DNA of 64,000 bases from a virus. Within the stretch, counting starts at the first letter, position 1. Each line of letters begins with the position of its first letter. Position numbers and translations under genes: made by a program. This document shows, piece after piece, positions 59,379 to 64,000 of the stretch. A model generated the notes under the pieces. That model was not told where the DNA came from, made no database searches, and saw nothing but the letters and a program-made list of their open reading frames with translations. The DNA lies in IMG/VR virus record IMGVR_UViG_3300028840_004184, positions 96,001 to 160,000 of that record, one strand, 5' to 3'.

Positions 59379-61796
59379 ATGAAGAAAAAAGGTGCTAAGG
59401 AATCGAATAGACGTAAAAAGAAGTCTACAGCCGTGATTGTGGAAAATGAGCCTTCTAAGGCTATTAAGTCTAGGAATACGTCTGCAAAACGAAGTTCTAA
59501 GACACAATATAAGTATCCGTCTGCCGATGCAATTATGCGTGTTAACGCACGTCTTATGGGGGTTGCCACTGGTTCTTATGAGCCCGGTCAGATAGGTGAC
59601 GCTGTTGAGAGACGTATTATCGAGAAGTATAATACTGTTTTAGGCGAAGATCCTTTGTCTTCGAATGAGAAGTCACGGGGTGAACAAATACAGATTTTGA
59701 AAAGACTTGCCACTAGTGACAAAATGAATCATGCCATTATGTCGCAATGTCATATAGCTTATTTGAGTTATGGTATTGTCCGTGTTGTTGTCGATTTGTA
59801 TGCCGATTTTGCCACTGAGGGTCTTGAGATTTTACACCCAAATAAAAGTGTAGAGAATTTTTATAGAGCTTGGGCAACAAAAGTACATCTTAAAGAGCGT
59901 GTCAATAGATTCTTTACCGACCTGTTCGTGTCTGCTAACGTTTTTATTCACAAGATTCGTGCTAAGATTAATCCAGAAGAGGAGCGTAGTATGAGGCGTG
60001 CTCAGGCGAATAATGTTGAATTACTTGATGCAAATACGCTGCTTATACGTGGTGGTGGCAATAGTATAGATGTGTGTGTGTCGCCCAATTTGGTGTTGGA
60101 TAGTGAGCTTACTCCGTTTTTTAAGTTATGTGATGTAGCTGATAAACAGATAAAAAATGGTAATGCAATATGTTCTATTGCTGAGTCACCGGATGTTACT
60201 ATTGATGTAAATAAGAGGAAAATTCCATGGGAATATATTTCTCTTCCTCCCGTTAATATAGAGAGTCGAGATAGAAATTTTGCTAATCGTGGTAGATGGG
60301 TGCTTGTGCTTAATAAAGACGACGTTAGTTCTGTTTCTAATTTTTTACGCATGGTATATGACCCTCATAATAAAAAAACCAAGATTAAGCTACCCCCATC
60401 ATTATCGGGTAAGCTTGCGAAATATGAAGGTAAATCAAGATATTATAAGGCCGAGGTGTCATTACCGCCTGATGATGTTTATGTTGTCCAGGATAAGAAG
60501 TTTGATAATTGGACTTGGGCTATCCCATTTGTTTTTCCTTCATTACGCTGTTTACGTTTTAAGGATAATCTGAGAAACATGGAGAAAAAGTTTTGTAATA
60601 GTGTTATTAATTCTATTACGCTTTGGGAGCTTGGAGATCCTGAGAATGGTATATTTCCGGAGGATGAGCATTTTGAAAGACTTGCTGATATGTTGCAGCA
60701 GCCTGGTCAAGCTATGAATTTGATATGGCCAGCCCCAATCAAAGGTAGTGTTATCGAGCCGAGGTCCTCGAATGCTCTTGATCCTCGTAAACATGAATCG
60801 ATTGATAGAGACACTCTTGTATCTCTTGGCATTCCTGATGTTTTGATTGGTGGCAAGGGCAGTAATTTTTCCAACTCTTTTATTTCTGTAGCTACTACTC
60901 TTAAGAAACTTGAGGTTGCTCGTGATCGGATAGAAGCATGGCTTATGAATGAGCTTAAAGAGATTGCTGAAGCAATGGGGTTTCGTAAGCTTCCTAGGAT
61001 TAAGTGGGGCAAAAGTAGCTTGCGTGATAAGAAATGGGAGCAGCAGTTTAAACTTCAATTATTCGATCGTGGCGTTTTGTCTGCCGAAGCGTTACTCAAG
61101 GAGGCTGATGAGCACCTTGATACCGAGGTACAGAGGCAGAAAAATGAGAAAAATATCGCCGATTCTACCGGCGTTGGTGTTCTTGATAAACACACTCCTT
61201 ATTATCGTCCAGCCGATTTGGTCAAGGTTGGTATTATGCCTCCTGGTTGGAAGCCAGAGCGTAACATGTTAGATATTAAGGAGCAAGAAGCCGAGGTTGA
61301 TATTAAGATAGACAAGAAAAGAAATGATACACTTAATCCAGAAGGTGGTGATGACAAGAAGCCCACTAAACCAGAAGGAAGACCGCCGGGCAAGCAAGAC
61401 ACTCAAAAAAGAAAGAAAAAGGAACCTGTCCCTCGTGGAAATAATGTAGCTGCTTTTATCAAATTTGATTCGCTTAAGGAGCAGGGAGCCAAGTTATTGG
61501 ATACGGTCGGCTCTATGCTAAAGACCAAGGGGAAGCGGGGGCCTGTGTCTGAGAAATTACTTTACTCTGTCGTAAGTAATTTAACTGCTGGTTGCTCGAA
61601 GACAGATATCACAAAGACTATCAAAAGTCTTAAGAGCATAAAAAATAATAAGATAAATGCGTCGGTTAATAAACCTTATGAGTTTTTAGTTAATTATTAT
61701 AGGGTGAAGTCTATTGACAATAAATTATCTAAAGACCAAAAACGAGATATATTTATTTATGCTTGGGCGGTAGCAAATATGATTAATCTGTTGTAA
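59379..61796 (+). CDS. Portal protein
   Basis: Follows terL; GIVRVVVDLYADFA.EG, LGIPDVLIGG.GSNFSN; long charged C-terminal tail. Confidence 0.8.
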   Translation: MKKKGAKESNRRKKKSTAVIVENEPSKAIKSRNTSAKRSSKTQYKYPSADAIMRVNARLMGVATGSYEPGQIGDAVERRIIEKYNTVLGEDPLSSNEKSRGEQIQILKRLATSDKMNHAIMSQCHIAYLSYGIVRVVVDLYADFATEGLEILHPNKSVENFYRAWATKVHLKERVNRFFTDLFVSANVFIHKIRAKINPEEERSMRRAQANNVELLDANTLLIRGGGNSIDVCVSPNLVLDSELTPFFKLCDVADKQIKNGNAICSIAESPDVTIDVNKRKIPWEYISLPPVNIESRDRNFANRGRWVLVLNKDDVSSVSNFLRMVYDPHNKKTKIKLPPSLSGKLAKYEGKSRYYKAEVSLPPDDVYVVQDKKFDNWTWAIPFVFPSLRCLRFKDNLRNMEKKFCNSVINSITLWELGDPENGIFPEDEHFERLADMLQQPGQAMNLIWPAPIKGSVIEPRSSNALDPRKHESIDRDTLVSLGIPDVLIGGKGSNFSNSFISVATTLKKLEVARDRIEAWLMNELKEIAEAMGFRKLPRIKWGKSSLRDKKWEQQFKLQLFDRGVLSAEALLKEADEHLDTEVQRQKNEKNIADSTGVGVLDKHTPYYRPADLVKVGIMPPGWKPERNMLDIKEQEAEVDIKIDKKRNDTLNPEGGDDKKPTKPEGRPPGKQDTQKRKKKEPVPRGNNVAAFIKFDSLKEQGAKLLDTVGSMLKTKGKRGPVSEKLLYSVVSNLTAGCSKTDITKTIKSLKSIKNNKINASVNKPYEFLVNYYRVKSIDNKLSKDQKRDIFIYAWAVANMINLL

Positions 61797-61869
61797 AATC
61801 ATGTGTTGTTAGTGTATAATGTTATAGCATATTATTTTTGTACATATTTTTGACCTATAAAGAAGGCAG

Positions 61870-62616
61870 GTGATATATGTGGCTAATGCAGCTAAAGAAG
61901 GTCAAACTGATCCTAAAGCAAAGGTTAGGAATCGTGGCAAAGTAATTTTTCCCGCCAGTTCTAATAAGGTCAAAGACAGCAAGGACCATTTCCCAATCAA
62001 CGATGCAAATCAGGCACGTAACGCACTTTCTCGTGTATCTCAGTATACTTCAGTTCCGAAATGGTATAGTGGGACTCTTAATGAGTTGCAGAAGGTGGTC
62101 TGTAGTGCCGTTAAGAATGCATATTCTGATATCGAGGTTAGTATGAAGAAAAAATCTAAGTCTTTTCGTCTCATGGATTATGAGGAATATCAAAATCTGA
62201 TTAAGAGTGAGTTTTTTATCATGGTCACATCTCCAGATCCGGAGGATGGACATACACATATTGTCTGGGTAGATAAAAAGGGTAATGGTATGACATCGCC
62301 TTATCCAGAAGAAGAAAGTTATTCTAGACATCAGCACGTTATCGTTGGCAAAGATGTTGTACCGTTCACTAACGGATACAGCGTTTCGTTTCATTCTGGA
62401 TTGCAAGACGCAACAGAGGCTGATTTGAAGGACTCTCTTTCTTGTGGTAGGCGTCGTGACAATAATGATGGGTGTCGTGAGGCGGCAGCAGGTCTAGTTG
62501 GTAGGGGTATTCCTGATACTCAAGAGCAGGAAGCCGATGAGCGTATCAGTGGTTATCGCAGGAGTTTAGACAAGATAATTCGTGATAGGCTTAAAAATAA
62601 AAAGAAAAAGAAGTAG
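61870..62616 (+). CDS. Putative head-associated protein
   Basis: KDHFPIND..QARNALSR and GHTH/HQH motifs; sits between portal and protease. Confidence 0.5.
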   Translation: MIYVANAAKEGQTDPKAKVRNRGKVIFPASSNKVKDSKDHFPINDANQARNALSRVSQYTSVPKWYSGTLNELQKVVCSAVKNAYSDIEVSMKKKSKSFRLMDYEEYQNLIKSEFFIMVTSPDPEDGHTHIVWVDKKGNGMTSPYPEEESYSRHQHVIVGKDVVPFTNGYSVSFHSGLQDATEADLKDSLSCGRRRDNNDGCREAAAGLVGRGIPDTQEQEADERISGYRRSLDKIIRDRLKNKKKKK

Positions 62617-62625
62617 GTGATGTGA

Positions 62626-63138
62626 ATGGCCTCTCCATTGAACCCGAATTTTGTGAATAGAGTGAATTTGATTGCCGTTGGTCAATCACATAATGCCGCT
62701 TTGTATACCGATGGTAGAGCTTTGTCAAGTGGTATTGCTGGTGGTCTTGCTCCTGATGGTGCTCCAGCTAGATCTAAGGTTAATCAAACTTTTACTGGTC
62801 CTGAATTACCAGAGAGATCCGAGGTATATTCTTTGCCTGGTTCTGGTTCGTTTAACCCGGAGGTGTAATAATTTATGGCTAGATGTACTAAGTGTGGGGC
62901 TGTTCTTTATACAACTGAGCGTGGTAATATTACTATGGACACCGAGTCTAGGTGTGGGTTTAAACACAAAAGTTGTGATAAAGCTATCGGTGTTAAGAAG
63001 TTAACAAAGGATATTGTTCCTGTTGTGACGCCGAAAAAGAAAAAAGTTTTTCCTCGTTCATCAGGTGGTGTTGGTGAAACTAGGTCTTCTAAGTTGGATA
63101 ATGAGAACAAAAATAATGATATAGAAAAAGAAACTTAG
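62626..63138 (+). CDS. Two small hypothetical ORFs (62626-62868, 62875-63138)
   Basis: AGGT/GGAGG RBSs, located in the head operon. Confidence 0.55.
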
Positions 63139-63164
63139 TGTATTAAACACTTTGGAGGTAGAGT

Positions 63165-64000
63165 GTGAGTGACAAGAAACCCTTTAAGACATATGCTTTA
63201 GCTAAGGCTACCTTATTTGAACCTAATGATAAGGCCATAGCTAAGACTAATGCTGCTCTTAAGCAAATTGGCGGGGAAAAAACCAAGAATCTTCTTCCAC
63301 AAACTGATCTTTTATATGTCAAATCCGTTCTTGTTACTGCTGGAATGAATGCTAATGATGATGTTTTTTTTGTAGACGAACTATGGGATGCTCGTTACTC
63401 ACCTATATTAAAGCCACTTGATTGGCTTCATAACGAACAAGAGATTATTGGCGTTATGTATAATGTTTCTGCTCGCGATATAAATGATGGAGCGGGTATT
63501 GATTTAGAACTTGAGCATTATGATAAGCCTTTCGAAATTATATCAGAGGGTGTTGTTTATAAACTTTTGTTCGCCGATCGTGCTAACGAGATTGTTAGGG
63601 GAACCAAGGCTGGTGACTTGTTTGTTAGCATGGAGTGCTGGTTTGATAATTATGATTATGTTGTGTTTAATAATGGTAATATAGAGCGTATTATTAAACG
63701 CAGTGGTGATACATCGTTTTTAGATGCATCACTTAAGGCTTTCGGGGGCAGCGGCTTTTTTGATGATCCCGATAGCGATGGTTTCAAACGTATTGGAAGA
63801 GGGTTACGCAATTTAACCTTTGGTGGTTGTGGATTTGTACCGCGTCCTGCTAATAAGAGATCTGTTATTGAGGTAGTGGGTGATACGGAAGAACCTCATG
63901 AGAATAAGGTGATTGAAAGTGACGCAGAACAGAATTTGGTGTGTGCTGATAGTAATAAGGAGGATGTAATGACCAACGAAAAAGATCTGGTTAAAGCGTC
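63165..64000 (+). CDS. Probable prohead protease/scaffold (3' end outside the window; absent from the ORF track)
   Basis: GGAGG then GTG; reads DLLYVKSVLVTAGMNANDDVF...KPLDWLH...IIG...FVSMECWF...FGGCGFV.RPAN. Confidence 0.7.
   Translation, partial: MSDKKPFKTYALAKATLFEPNDKAIAKTNAALKQIGGEKTKNLLPQTDLLYVKSVLVTAGMNANDDVFFVDELWDARYSPILKPLDWLHNEQEIIGVMYNVSARDINDGAGIDLELEHYDKPFEIISEGVVYKLLFADRANEIVRGTKAGDLFVSMECWFDNYDYVVFNNGNIERIIKRSGDTSFLDASLKAFGGSGFFDDPDSDGFKRIGRGLRNLTFGGCGFVPRPANKRSVIEVVGDTEEPHENKVIESDAEQNLVCADSNKEDVMTNEKDLVKA

Noticed and set aside
1-64000. Reverse transcriptase/retron/DGR, integrase or IS transposase
   Set aside because: No YxDD RT, tyrosine/serine recombinase or DDE/TnpB motifs in any ORF; no template/variable repeat pair seen

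Overview
A 64-kb segment of a large tailed dsDNA bacteriophage genome using the standard genetic code 11. Host unknown; two genes hint weakly at Planctomycetota. There are three blocks. (1) 1-23.1 kb, + strand: dozens of small early/host-takeover-type ORFs driven by many near-consensus sigma70 promoters (mostly 16-bp spacers), with intrinsic terminators, several structured non-coding stretches and iterated repeat/palindrome modules. (2) 23.5-51.5 kb, - strand: accessory and nucleotide/RNA metabolism genes (DHH phosphoesterase, ROT/TROVE-like-TerD protein, CCA-adding enzyme, ThyX, MazG, Thg1, SLOG, intein-containing RtcB, two further nucleotidyltransferases, five tRNAs, peptide deformylase, HNH endonucleases). 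(3) 52-64 kb, + strand: sigma-like factor, DnaQ-type exonuclease, two glycosyltransferases, ERCC4 nuclease, large terminase, portal and a probable prohead protease running off the window end. The best candidate for an undescribed system is the ROT/TROVE-like-TerD gene, which is bracketed by four copies of a covarying RNA scaffold (core UCUUCCUUCUA...UAGA...AAUUUC) with variable inserts, plus a degenerate tRNA-like RNA. This looks like a Ro60/Y-RNA-analogous ribonucleoprotein module. The second candidate is a family of eight dispersed proteins sharing an N-terminal CxxCG...LLTS..C zinc-ribbon tag fused to mostly different C-terminal domains. All calls come from reading motifs by eye; no searches or folding programs were run.
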